From NCBI GenBank assembly GCA_051003195.1, contig JBPCLP010000035.1:52171-116170 (forward strand): 64,000 bases of DNA, in the 5' to 3' direction. Positions within the stretch are counted from its first letter, which is position 1; the number at the start of each line of letters is the position of its first letter. Of the stretch, positions 42,066 through 51,850 are shown one piece after another. Both the position numbers and the translations under genes were made by a program. The notes beneath the pieces are model-generated. The model was given only the letters and a program-made list of their open reading frames with translations, was not told the origin of the DNA and searched no databases. The stretch is from Candidatus Sumerlaeaceae bacterium. Its GTDB lineage: Bacteria > Sumerlaeota > Sumerlaeia > Sumerlaeales > Sumerlaeaceae.

Positions 42066-44009
42066 TCATTGCGTAGTAGTTACGCCAGCAGGCACCGCAC
42101 TTTCCGGCGCCTGCTGGTTCTGGAACAGGTCGGTTACGTTTTCGAATTCGACACGGCGGTTCAATGCCTTGCCATCATCCGCCTCATTGGTAGCAATCGG
42201 CGCTTCCTCACCATAGCCAACAATGATGAGACGGTTTGGATCGATCCCGAACTTCTGCACGAGATAGCTCTTCACGCTCCACGCCCGCCGCTCGGAGAGT
42301 GTCTGGTTGTACTCATTCGAACCATCGCCGTCCGTATGGCCTTCCACGTTAATCACAGCATTGTCCAGTGGCGGGTTAATAAGTGCGTCTCCAATGGCAT
42401 CAAGGGCTGCAAAACTGTCGGGCTTTATAGCATACGAGTCATAATCAAAATGAACCGTCTGCGTTACCAGCACCGGTCCCGCGTACCTGTCGCCCTGTTT
42501 GCGATCCCGTGTCAGCGTTTCCACCACTTCCGTTTTGCTTTCCACCCTGGTCATTTGCGGCGTGATCTCGGGCAGTGGCCGTGGCGGAGGAGCCGCCAGT
42601 CCCTCGATCACAGCAGGCACTTCCTCCAGCGGCAGGTACGCCTGCGTGGTGTTAATTTCGGTTACCAGGTCGCGTCGTGCCGCACCCGGTAAAATCGTAA
42701 CGCTGCCAGGGTTATAAAAACCATACGTGCTGTAGCTCTGTGGGGGCAGGTAATACCAGCCGGGAGGAACAGTAAATTCTGTCGGCGGCACCCAACCTCG
42801 TGGCACGACCCAGCCGCGGCCAGACACATACGTCCAGCCCCAGCGGAAGAGACGTTCGGACCATTCTGGCGGCGGATTCCAACCGGGCGGTGGATTCCAT
42901 CCCCCGGGCGGCATCCAGCCAACAGGCGGCCGCCAACCCACTGGCGGAGTCCATCCCACATATGGAGTCCAGGATACCGGGGGCGTCCAGCTTGCAGGTG
43001 TCGGGGTAGCCGTTGCCGGTGTTGCTACCGGCGTACTGCCCGGTGTCGGAGAGGCAGACAGCGTGCCCGCCAGCGGACCCGGCGTCGCATTTGTCCTGGC
43101 TGATTTGCGTGATTCCTTACCTATAGGTTGTGTTCCACCCGGCGGAGTTCCTGCCGGTACAAAAGGAGTCGCTGCCGCACCGGCAACCGGGGTGACAGTA
43201 GTCAGCGGCGTCGTTGCGGTGGCAGCAGGGCTGAGGCCAGGAGCTGCCGTTACGGTGGCGCTCGGGCTTATTACAGGCGCAGCCGGAGTGGATGGTATGG
43301 CCGTCGCAGCGGGTGTGGACGGCGCCTGCGTCACTGGTGTATCTGTCTGCGGCGCCAGTGGTGTCGCGTTGCTCTGTGGTGTCGCTGATAATCTCGGGGT
43401 GCCCGGTATTCTCGCCGGCGGAGTCCCCATCACGCCAGTTGCTGATCCACCAGGACCCGTGGACGGCGTGGCAGTCAAGCCGGGCGGCAGTGATCCACCG
43501 GGGGGCACAGTATCGGGCCGTTTGTCCGGCGTTGCTCCCAGAGCAGGTGTTTGCACACCGCCGAAAGCTCGGCCACGCGCTGTGCCGGGCTGTTGTGTCC
43601 CAACCGGCACCCCCGCGTCCACCGACGGTGTCACGACTGCGCGTGCAGCGCCCGGCGTGCTTTGCAGATTGCTGCGTCCGCGGCCCGATGGCGTAATCGA
43701 ACTCTTCACATCGGGTGTTCCACCGGCCGGCAAATCTCCGGCGGGCACTGTCGACCGAATTACTTTGTTTTCCACAGCAGGATTAGATTTAATAGTTCCA
43801 GCTTCACTTACGGGCGAAAGCGTTGCACCTTCCGGTACCGCAGCACGGCCGCCAAGTCCGGGCGCCTGAACTGCGGGTGCGGCTTCCCCTCCTGCAGGAA
43901 CGCGGGTTACTTCAGGAGCACGCGCGCCTTGCGGCGGTCCTCCCGGCACCTGCGCAAACGATGCGGTACTCATTACGAAAAAACACAGTCCCGAGATCCA
44001 GCTTTTCAT
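42066..44009 (-). CDS. OmpA-domain protein with long Pro/Thr/Ala linker and W-x-P-P-x-G repeats
   Basis: Signal peptide SFA-Q; C-terminal VEGHTD..YNQTLSERRA..NRRVEF. Confidence 0.88.
   Translation of the reverse strand: MKSWISGLCFFVMSTASFAQVPGGPPQGARAPEVTRVPAGGEAAPAVQAPGLGGRAAVPEGATLSPVSEAGTIKSNPAVENKVIRSTVPAGDLPAGGTPDVKSSITPSGRGRSNLQSTPGAARAVVTPSVDAGVPVGTQQPGTARGRAFGGVQTPALGATPDKRPDTVPPGGSLPPGLTATPSTGPGGSATGVMGTPPARIPGTPRLSATPQSNATPLAPQTDTPVTQAPSTPAATAIPSTPAAPVISPSATVTAAPGLSPAATATTPLTTVTPVAGAAATPFVPAGTPPGGTQPIGKESRKSARTNATPGPLAGTLSASPTPGSTPVATPATATPTPASWTPPVSWTPYVGWTPPVGWRPPVGWMPPGGWNPPPGWNPPPEWSERLFRWGWTYVSGRGWVVPRGWVPPTEFTVPPGWYYLPPQSYSTYGFYNPGSVTILPGAARRDLVTEINTTQAYLPLEEVPAVIEGLAAPPPRPLPEITPQMTRVESKTEVVETLTRDRKQGDRYAGPVLVTQTVHFDYDSYAIKPDSFAALDAIGDALINPPLDNAVINVEGHTDGDGSNEYNQTLSERRAWSVKSYLVQKFGIDPNRLIIVGYGEEAPIATNEADDGKALNRRVEFENVTDLFQNQQAPESAVPAGVTTTQ
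42861..42989 (-). repeat. Seven tandem 18-bp/hexapeptide WxPPxG repeats
   Basis: WTPPVS WTPYVG WTPPVG WRPPVG WMPPGG WNPPPG WNPPPE W. Confidence 0.9.
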
Positions 44010-44046
44010 GATTAACGCCCTTTCTGCCAACAACTGCACATACGCC

Positions 44047-44062
44047 AGCAAGCAGGGTGCCG
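44047..44062 (-). promoter_or_regulatory. Candidate sigma-54 (-24/-12) promoter of the OmpA gene
   Basis: Minus strand CGGCAC-CCTGC-TTGCT versus consensus TGGCAC-N5-TTGCW; 37 nt from the ATG. Confidence 0.55.
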
Positions 44063-44184
44063 GTTCGCAAGGTACGGTGGCCGGGTCCAGCCTTTATTGA
44101 AGGGTGCGTATTTCTAATTACAGGATTTAGTGTGCAGAAAAACCGTTCAAAAACTGCTTAGGATCGAATCCCGCAGGGGCGCGC

Positions 44185-45111
44185 CTATATCCCGGAGAAC
44201 GCCTGCAGTTCGTCCCACGTGCCAATCTGGTAACAGGCCAAGTCCGGAGCACAGCGTTTACAAAGTCCGCTGAGCACTGAGCCGGGTCCAAGTTCCACGA
44301 TTCCCTGCACACCGCTCTTCACGATGGTTGTCATCGTCTTGGACCATTGCACGCCGCTGGTCATCTGCCGCATGAGATTGTCTTTAATCTGATCTCCAGA
44401 AGTGTGTGCAAGCCCGTCATAGTTCGAAACCAGGGGGATTCGCGCGTCCTCGAATATCACGCGCTCCAGGCTTTCGTTCAGCCGCTCGGCAGCGTTGTTC
44501 AGCAATGGAGAATGAAACGCGCCGGAGACCGCCAGTGGAATCGCCTTTTTAGCGCCGTAACTCTTGCACTTCTCGACCGCGCGCTCAAGCGCTGCGCTTT
44601 CGCCTGATAACACCACCTGCCCTGGCGAATTATAGTTGGCCACGCATACAGTGCCTTCGGCCTCGGCGCATGCCTTCGCGGCCTGCTCATCGTCAATTCC
44701 CAGTACTGCCACCATTCCGCCCGGTGCGGCTTCGCCCGCATCCTGCATCAATGCCCCGCGCTGGCGCACCAGCCACAGTCCGTGGCCATAATCCATTACT
44801 CCGGCGGCGACGAGCGCTGCATACTCTCCCACACTGTGCCCCGCAACAATTACCGGACGAATACCCAGCGTCTCCAGTCCCTTCAGAAGCGCGCATTCCA
44901 TCAGGAAAAGTGCAGGCTGAGCATTCGACGTCAGCTTCAGCTCTTCCTCCGGCCCTTCAAACATCAGGTGCGTCAGGGTCTCGCCGATGGTCTCATTCGC
45001 CTCTGCGAAAAAATGCGCAAGCATCTCGGATTTCTGTGCGAGGTCGCGGCCCATTCCCACAAATTGCGAGCCCTGCCCGGGAAAAATAAACGCGAGGTTC
45101 TTGGTGATCAT
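44185..45111 (-). CDS. fabD: Malonyl-CoA:ACP transacylase
   Basis: FPGQGSQ, GHSVGE, SGAFHS, ELGPG. Confidence 0.97.
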   Translation of the reverse strand: MITKNLAFIFPGQGSQFVGMGRDLAQKSEMLAHFFAEANETIGETLTHLMFEGPEEELKLTSNAQPALFLMECALLKGLETLGIRPVIVAGHSVGEYAALVAAGVMDYGHGLWLVRQRGALMQDAGEAAPGGMVAVLGIDDEQAAKACAEAEGTVCVANYNSPGQVVLSGESAALERAVEKCKSYGAKKAIPLAVSGAFHSPLLNNAAERLNESLERVIFEDARIPLVSNYDGLAHTSGDQIKDNLMRQMTSGVQWSKTMTTIVKSGVQGIVELGPGSVLSGLCKRCAPDLACYQIGTWDELQAFSGI

Positions 45112-45284
45112 CTGCGCCCTTCTGCCTTCAGTAATGTTGCACCCGACAGCCAAACCAGCCGCCCAATGCTGGCAAGGCAAATGTTGGCTGCCGGTTCCAT
45201 GCCATCATCTCAGGGGCTCAAAGGGCCAATACTCTGGAATTTCCGAATAGTGCCGGAGACGGTTCTGTAGAGCCACACGCAGCG

Positions 45285-45359
45285 GGGCGCGTAGCTCAGC
45301 GGTAGAGCAGCGGACTTTTAATCCGTTGGTCCTGGGTTCGATTCCCAGCGCGCCCACCA
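45285..45359 (+). tRNA. tRNA-Lys (anticodon TTT)
   Basis: GGGCGCG/CGCGCCC acceptor stem, encoded CCA, anticodon arm gcgga-ctTTTaa-tccgt, GGTTCGATTCC T-arm. Confidence 0.97.
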
Positions 45360-45391
45360 GTACTTTCCAACCCTGCCGGGAATCGGCCGCT

Positions 45392-46747
45392 CTAAATCTC
45401 CCGCCGCCGATCAATCTCTGGCAGCGTTGCCACAGCAGCAACAATCATCACGCCCGCACCAGCCAGGAGCCACAGAATATCGGGTCCCTTCGACTCCACA
45501 ACGTGGTTCATCACATACGCGGAAATCGCTATGCCTATCGGTATCGCTGCCCACGCCAACATTTGCCGGGCGATGGCGAAAGAGCTGACAATCAGCATCA
45601 AGGTGCAGATTGCCGCGGACACGCAGAAAAGTTTAACTATACTGACGAACAGGGTGGTGTAGCTCGCAGCAAACCAGTAGACCCGCGCAGCGGCGAGCAG
45701 CAGCGTGGGAATAAATACGATTACCAGCAGACCAATTGCAAACGAAAGGGTCTGCCATTGTACCCGTGCCCGCGACAGCGGCAGTGACCAGCGAAAGCTT
45801 TCTGCCTGCGACTGGCTTTCCATCAGCGGAATGGTATAACCGATTACCATGGCGCAGCAGCACATCAGCGCCGAAGTCGACCACTCACCCACTGTACCTG
45901 CAATCTCTCGGAAGAGCCCATGCGCCTCAGCCGACGTCGTGCTGCCAGATGCACCGGCCACCCAATTCACCACCAGCAACAGCGGAACCGGCAGCAGCAG
46001 CAGGAATGTTACAAATCGCATTTGCCGCCACTGCAGCCACATCCACGCGCCGGTAGAAGAATAGCGGCGCATGCCCACGTTTGACCTTAACCGCCAAATC
46101 GGCAGCGGTGATTCCCGGGCGACCACCGGTCCAGCTCCGATCGCAATAGTGGCGCACGTCGCCGCAAGCGCCCCGCATATCAGAATCGATCGCCAGGTGG
46201 AATGATATCCCTGCATACTCATGGTGCCGAAAAAAGGCAGAACGATGCCGAAACTCACGAGCGCGCGCACACCCAGCCATTCCGCCCAATCCACGGTATC
46301 CAGCAGCAGAAGAATGGAAATCAGCAACGCTGCCGCGACTGCATGGAACGTAACCCACTCAATCAGCGGGACGTGCGCCAGGCGTGTCTCCATGTGTGTC
46401 ATAGGAAACCACGTAGAGGCGGACGATAGCCCCATTGAAACGACACCGATTCCCACAGCCACGGCCCACTTGATTGCGATAACCCGCCGAATCGACGCCG
46501 GCTGTGACTGCATGAAATCCCAGGAGCCGTTGCGGCGCTCGATAAAAAACCGGGCGCATCCCAGTAGCAGCATAGAGACGCCCGGTGCGACCATCGCTGC
46601 TGCCTCCAGAAGTACCTTCATGGGCCACGGCACTTTAACGTGTGCCCATTCGAACCAGAACAAAACCGAGGCCAGCACCCATACCAGTCCGAGAATGATG
46701 GCCACACGGTTTTCGCGCAGCTCTTTCCAGAGGAGCGGAGATCTCAT
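45392..46747 (-). CDS. ABC-2 type exporter permease (internally duplicated)
   Basis: LLWKELRE and ERRNGSWDFMQSQP; second half WLQWRQ...SLPLSR. Confidence 0.75.
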   Translation of the reverse strand: MRSPLLWKELRENRVAIILGLVWVLASVLFWFEWAHVKVPWPMKVLLEAAAMVAPGVSMLLLGCARFFIERRNGSWDFMQSQPASIRRVIAIKWAVAVGIGVVSMGLSSASTWFPMTHMETRLAHVPLIEWVTFHAVAAALLISILLLLDTVDWAEWLGVRALVSFGIVLPFFGTMSMQGYHSTWRSILICGALAATCATIAIGAGPVVARESPLPIWRLRSNVGMRRYSSTGAWMWLQWRQMRFVTFLLLLPVPLLLVVNWVAGASGSTTSAEAHGLFREIAGTVGEWSTSALMCCCAMVIGYTIPLMESQSQAESFRWSLPLSRARVQWQTLSFAIGLLVIVFIPTLLLAAARVYWFAASYTTLFVSIVKLFCVSAAICTLMLIVSSFAIARQMLAWAAIPIGIAISAYVMNHVVESKGPDILWLLAGAGVMIVAAVATLPEIDRRREI

Positions 46748-47676
46748 GCCGCACGCACTTGTGGATCAACCACTTCATCGGCGGGCCGACGCATGGATTC
46801 CACGAAGATATCATCAAGACTCATGCGCTCGGCTTCCACTTGCAGCGGTCCAAGTCGCCGGATCTCAGCGAGCATCTGCTCATCATAAGAGTCCGTCGTC
46901 AGGACAGATTCGCGCGCCCGGGTTTCACTGCGACGAATGCCGGCAAGTTCTGGCACTGCACGAGCTTCCGGCCACACGATCCGCAGCCTCCGCCAGCGCT
47001 CATGCAGATCCTCCAGCGGTTCCGCCGAAACCAGGTGGCCGCTCCGCATAAACCCAACTCTATCCGCCACCCGCTCCACTTCATCGAGCAGATGCGAGGA
47101 GAAGAAGACCGTCCGCCCCTGTCCTTGAATGACGCTGATCACCTGCTCCAGTATTTCGCGCCGCGCAACCGGGTCCAGCCCGCTGGAGGGCTCATCAAGG
47201 ATCAGCAGCTCCGGGTGATGTGCCACCGCCAGCAGCAGCATGAGCAGCGCCCGCTTTCCACGCGAGAGATCCTTCACGCGTTGCTGCGCATCGAGCCCGT
47301 ACTGCGCGCGAAGTTTCTCTGCGTAGGGCCAATCCCACCTGGCTCCGTGCAATGCCGCACAAAAGTCCATGATCTCACGAACGCGCATCCACTCGTACAT
47401 CGCGCGCGATTCAGAAACATAGCCAATGCGCCCCATCAGCAGATGCGCGCGCCTGCTGTCGCGCGGATCCTGGCCAAGTACCCGCACACTTCCGGAACTG
47501 GGCCTGGCGTGGCCCAGCAGCATCCGGATCGTCGTCGTTTTACCTGCGGCGTTCTCGCCCACAAATCCAAACACCTCGCCCGCTCGTACTTCCAGGGTCA
47601 GGTTTTCTACGGCAAGGGTGCGCCCGTAACGCTTCGTCACATTCTCAATCAAGATGACTGGGCTCTCATGCTCCAT
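46744..47676 (-). CDS. ABC ATP-binding protein (YtrB-like)
   Basis: GENAAGKTT, LSRG, LILDEPSSGLDP, SSH. Confidence 0.93.
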   Translation of the reverse strand: MEHESPVILIENVTKRYGRTLAVENLTLEVRAGEVFGFVGENAAGKTTTIRMLLGHARPSSGSVRVLGQDPRDSRRAHLLMGRIGYVSESRAMYEWMRVREIMDFCAALHGARWDWPYAEKLRAQYGLDAQQRVKDLSRGKRALLMLLLAVAHHPELLILDEPSSGLDPVARREILEQVISVIQGQGRTVFFSSHLLDEVERVADRVGFMRSGHLVSAEPLEDLHERWRRLRIVWPEARAVPELAGIRRSETRARESVLTTDSYDEQMLAEIRRLGPLQVEAERMSLDDIFVESMRRPADEVVDPQVRAA

Positions 47677-48076
47677 CGTTCTGCTCCTTTTCGTGGGCCT
47701 TGAAGATTTCGTTCACACGTTGATTGAAGTCCGCCTTAAGATCCTCAGCGGGCCATGAAAGGTGATAGGCTTCAGTCGCCGTGCGGTCGCAGGCTTCCCC
47801 TACGAGGCGGCGGCGTTCGGCGCGCGACAAAGTAGTGCCCGATTCGGCAACGAAAGTTCCGCTGCCGCGGCGCGTCTCCACCACACCTTGCCGTTCAAGC
47901 TCTGAGAACGCCTTGGCGATTGTGTTCGGGTTTACCTGGAGCTGTTCCGCGATTTCGCGGACACTCGGCAGTCGTTCGCCTGCTTTAAGAGCGCCGGTTG
48001 CCACACGATGCTTCACCTGCTGCACTACCTGCAGGTAAATGGGAACTCCAAGCGCCGTGTGGATGGAAAGAAGCAT
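47666..48076 (-). CDS. GntR-family regulator, YtrA subfamily
   Basis: PIYLQ, LPSVRE, VNPNTIAKAF, RGSGTFV; short C-terminus. Confidence 0.93.
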   Translation of the reverse strand: MLLSIHTALGVPIYLQVVQQVKHRVATGALKAGERLPSVREIAEQLQVNPNTIAKAFSELERQGVVETRRGSGTFVAESGTTLSRAERRRLVGEACDRTATEAYHLSWPAEDLKADFNQRVNEIFKAHEKEQNDGA

Positions 48077-48082
48077 TGTACG

Positions 48083-48106
48083 AGTGTACTAGTACAACAG
48101 TACACT
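48083..48106. promoter_or_regulatory. YtrA-type palindromic operator
   Basis: AGTGTACT-agtacaac-AGTACACT directly upstream of the GntR start. Confidence 0.8.
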
Positions 48107-48139
48107 TATTCATGCCGGTCAGTACAAAACCCGGGGCCG

Positions 48140-49168
48140 TTATCCAGCGTGTTTGAACTCGACCGCCTGTACCTGGGCACGCAGCGCGAGCTCCGTTGCT
48201 GCAAAACAGTGCTGCTGCGTCATTGCGGTTTCAGTGCGGTTGCGCACATCGTCGAGGAATCGCGGACCGTATTGCAACGGCTCGTCTTTGCAGTCGATAT
48301 AATGCATTCCCGTTCTATCAACGAGATAGACATGGCTGTCACCCGGGCGGCCCGCAACATCTACGTACTTGCGCACCTCAATGGTCCCTTCGCTTCCAAG
48401 TACAAATAACCGCCCGTCACCCCACGTTGGCAAACCGTCGGGGGTGAACCAGTCCAGGCGTATGTAGCCGGCGGCTCCGCTGTCGCCCTGCAGCATCGCG
48501 TCGCCAAAATCGTCAAATCCGGGGTGTTGCGGATGATGCGAATTTCCCGCCCGGCTGGCGACAATGGTCGCGGTTGTGGAATTGGTAAAGGCCAGGAACT
48601 GGTCGAATTGGTGCGAGCCTATATCGACAAGGATTCCGCCGTAACGTTCGCGGTCGAAAAACCACTCCGGCCGAGTGTGAAGCGCCGGCCTGTGAGGACC
48701 AAGGCCAATCGTCTGAATCACTTTCCCGATGGCTCCGTTGCGCACCATTCGCTCTGCGGCCACCGTCGCGCGCTGATCGAGCCGCTCGGCGTAGCAGACA
48801 GAGTAGATGCGGCCGGTTTCGGATTGAACCTGCCGCAATTCCTTGAGCTGTTCAATCGTCGTCGCTCCGGGCTTGTCCATCATCACGTCTTTACCGTGAC
48901 GCATTGCCGCGCAGCCAATCGATGCACGCTCATCGGGAATCGCAGCGGAGACGACAACCTGGATCGATTCGTCCTGGAAAATGCGATCCATCGAATCGGC
49001 ACGCTGCACATCCGGGTGTTGCTTGCTGAAGCCCTTCGCCAGGTCATCCTCCCTCGAATGGAATCCGGCGAGTTCAGCGCCCGCATTCCGCAGCAAATCG
49101 ATCATCGCATAAACGTGGCCATGGTTCAGCCCGACTGCAGCAAAACGAATGGGTTCGTCGACGGCCAT
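48140..49168 (-). CDS. Gfo/Idh/MocA oxidoreductase
   Basis: VGLNHGH, MDKP, DIGSHQFDQ, DWFTPDGLPTWGDGR. Confidence 0.9.
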   Translation of the reverse strand: MAVDEPIRFAAVGLNHGHVYAMIDLLRNAGAELAGFHSREDDLAKGFSKQHPDVQRADSMDRIFQDESIQVVVSAAIPDERASIGCAAMRHGKDVMMDKPGATTIEQLKELRQVQSETGRIYSVCYAERLDQRATVAAERMVRNGAIGKVIQTIGLGPHRPALHTRPEWFFDRERYGGILVDIGSHQFDQFLAFTNSTTATIVASRAGNSHHPQHPGFDDFGDAMLQGDSGAAGYIRLDWFTPDGLPTWGDGRLFVLGSEGTIEVRKYVDVAGRPGDSHVYLVDRTGMHYIDCKDEPLQYGPRFLDDVRNRTETAMTQQHCFAATELALRAQVQAVEFKHAG

Positions 49169-49169
49169 A

Positions 49170-50279
49170 TTAACCCAACACCCCTTCTGCGAGTTTCGGG
49201 TTCATCGCTGCCGGTCGTTCCGGTCGAGTGATGAGCTCGATGTGTTTGCCCTCGGTGGATGCGGTATGAACCGCATGCATGATCTCCAGGACATGAAGCG
49301 CCACTTCGCCACTGGCGCGGTGCGCGCGGCCCGTCTGCATGGCTGACGCCATGTCTGCCAGCCCAACCCCGCGCGAGTTTTCGCCATACTTGTGCTTGTT
49401 CCGTACCTTGCGCCAGTTCTTCTCGCGCCAGCCGCGAATCTTCACGTCGCCACCGAAGCAGTTCGGGTCGGGTACGCTCATGCCCGCTTCGGTGCCGTAA
49501 ATCTCGATGTTCGGCAGCGCGGTTGCCTTGATATCGAAGCTGGTGACAAGCGTCGCAATGGCGCCGGAATGAAAATCCAGCACAGCTACGACGTGCGTAG
49601 GCACTTCGACATCGATCACCTTGCCTGCGAGCGGTTGGCTGCTGATCGTGCGCTGGGGCATATTGATGCCGGCAGAACCCGTCACCCGCCGCACCGGTCC
49701 CAGCATGTTAATTAGTGCCGTAAGGTAATACGGGCCCATATCGAACATCGGTCCGCCACCGGGCTTATAATAAAATTCCGGGTTCGGGTGCCATGTTTCC
49801 ACGCCGTGCCCCAGCATGAAACAATTAGCCGCAATCGGCTGGCCAATCATACCTTCGTCGATTGCACGACGGGCGGTCTGGTGCGATGCGCCAAGGAAAG
49901 TATCGGGCGCGCACCCCACGCGCAGGTTCTTCTCACGAGCCAGCTCAATCATGCGCCGGCCGTCGTCCAGCCGTACCGCGAGAGGCTTTTCGCCGTAGGT
50001 CGACTTCCCCGCCTGCAGTGCACGCAAAGCAATTTCCCCGTGCGCTACCGGAATGGTGAGGTTCAGGATGATGTCGATGTCTGGGTCGGCAAAGATGTCC
50101 TCAACCGAACACGTCCGGCTCACGCCATGTTTACCTGCCTGTGACGTGGCCTTGTTTGCGTCCAGGTCGCAGCACGATACCATCTCGAGCGCCTGGAACT
50201 TTCTCCCGTTCGTGAAATAAACGTCGCTGATGGCGCCGCAGCCAACTACACCAACGCGCGCTGGGGTCGTTGGGTTCAA
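49170..50279 (-). CDS. Gfo/Idh/MocA oxidoreductase
   Basis: GCGAIS, EKPLA, CAPDTFLG, DMGPYY; TTG start with AAGGA. Confidence 0.9.
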   Translation of the reverse strand: MNPTTPARVGVVGCGAISDVYFTNGRKFQALEMVSCCDLDANKATSQAGKHGVSRTCSVEDIFADPDIDIILNLTIPVAHGEIALRALQAGKSTYGEKPLAVRLDDGRRMIELAREKNLRVGCAPDTFLGASHQTARRAIDEGMIGQPIAANCFMLGHGVETWHPNPEFYYKPGGGPMFDMGPYYLTALINMLGPVRRVTGSAGINMPQRTISSQPLAGKVIDVEVPTHVVAVLDFHSGAIATLVTSFDIKATALPNIEIYGTEAGMSVPDPNCFGGDVKIRGWREKNWRKVRNKHKYGENSRGVGLADMASAMQTGRAHRASGEVALHVLEIMHAVHTASTEGKHIELITRPERPAAMNPKLAEGVLG

Positions 50280-50594
50280 ATCGGAATCCTTTTGATTGGC
50301 GGCGTATTCAATAGAAACGCAGCGTTTCGCGCTGGACCCACAGCAGGTGTCAAGACGAAGCATCGAGTTCTATATCACGTTTTCTAATTGATTGGCGAGT
50401 TGTAGCCTTTTCTCATTCGTGGAACTTTGCGCAAGCTACGCTTGTGAATTGAATTTCATTAATTGCCAGAATCCGTAGCTGCCCTGCACCAGGCTTTAGT
50501 TGGAATAACTTTGCTTACTATGGACCTGCTTAGCACATGTGTTTTGGAGATTACTATTCCCGCGTGGGCACCTTACTAATGCGCGGTTTATAAA

Positions 50595-51611
50595 GTGCTG
50601 AGATATATCAGATCAACCGAGACACTGCAGGAACACGCTTCCGAAGCGCTGCGTAATGAGCACTACTCTAAAGCGCTCAAGTACGCTCGTGAGCTCATAC
50701 GGCGCAGACATACTTCCGGGTTTGAATTGGGTGCTCTCGCATTGAACGCAATGGGCAGGCGCGAAGAAGCTATTAAACTCTTGGAGGAAGCCACGTCAGT
50801 TGCGCCTACTGTCTGGCTGAATTGGATGCTGTTGGGTTCAATGCTATCCAACTCAGAGCGCAATGAGGAGGCGCTTCAAGCCTATGATTGCGCTGCATCC
50901 TGCAACGACGTCAATATTGCGGAGGTAAACTACAACCAAGCACTTGTGCTCAAGAAACTCGGTAAGTTGACGGAAGCACTGGAAATCTTACCCGCTTCTC
51001 GCTTGCTTTTTGACGAGGCAATCCACATGCATATTCAGGCGCTACGGCTTGAGCTTCTCAATCAGCTTGGTCGACACGAGGAGGTGCTGTCCGCTTCAAC
51101 AGCCATTGAAGAATTCGAGAATGATAAGCATGACGCGGCCGATCTTGGGCACTATGATATTGCAGTGGAGGCCACACAATGGGCCGGTACGGCCAATACC
51201 GCAATAGCTGACGCATGGGTTGCCGTTGCAACCGCGCGTCGAGCGCTGCAGCAGGATTACAGTGCTGTTCTAAGCGATGTACGACGCGCCTTTGCACTTC
51301 ATACCAGTGACGAGGCACTGTTGCTCATACGTGATGTGCGGAATTTGCATTCGCCAACCGCCAAGGCATATAAAATGACTGTTACCGGGCAACTAATGCA
51401 GGATACGGAGCCAAGGCGTGGCTTTTTCCGAAATTACCTCGTTCTCAGTGATACGCCAGAGGAGGCGTTGCAATTTATCGGGGAGCTGGAGCCCGAGACC
51501 GTGACAATGGATTCGTGTGAACTCAGCAACGATGATCAGTACGTTGACGTTCTCACCGGTACCAAAGGCGTGTACTGGGTAAGTCGATACTTCACCTTTC
51601 CGGAGAATTGA
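50595..51611 (+). CDS. Tetratricopeptide-repeat protein
   Basis: Repeated LG..L..MGRREEA / LGKLTEAL / LGRHEEV helices. Confidence 0.75.
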   Translation: MLRYIRSTETLQEHASEALRNEHYSKALKYARELIRRRHTSGFELGALALNAMGRREEAIKLLEEATSVAPTVWLNWMLLGSMLSNSERNEEALQAYDCAASCNDVNIAEVNYNQALVLKKLGKLTEALEILPASRLLFDEAIHMHIQALRLELLNQLGRHEEVLSASTAIEEFENDKHDAADLGHYDIAVEATQWAGTANTAIADAWVAVATARRALQQDYSAVLSDVRRAFALHTSDEALLLIRDVRNLHSPTAKAYKMTVTGQLMQDTEPRRGFFRNYLVLSDTPEEALQFIGELEPETVTMDSCELSNDDQYVDVLTGTKGVYWVSRYFTFPEN

Positions 51612-51850
51612 TGATGAGCCACAACTTTGCGCGAAATCGTCAATACTGAACACAGCGCAGCCGCCTCCTGATTACAGTTGATCGTGCACGTGCAAAGAAC
51701 GTTTTCGTTCACTGCCCGACCAGATCGCGGCTGAAAACGAGTAACAACTCCCGAGGGGAAGCCCTAAATGCTAGCTGTCAGTTCGTCCGTAGAATCCGCC
51801 GCATCCGACCGGCGCTGTCATTGCCGCATCTGTGAAGGGATTTTTGGACT

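Noticed and set aside
45285..46747. Genomic island integrated at tRNA-Lys
   Set aside because: No integrase, and I found no duplicate of the tRNA 3' end in the window.
51612..51850. Riboswitch or glmS-type ribozyme upstream of the sugar locus
   Set aside because: No recognisable conserved aptamer motifs by eye. An Rfam scan would be needed to exclude it.
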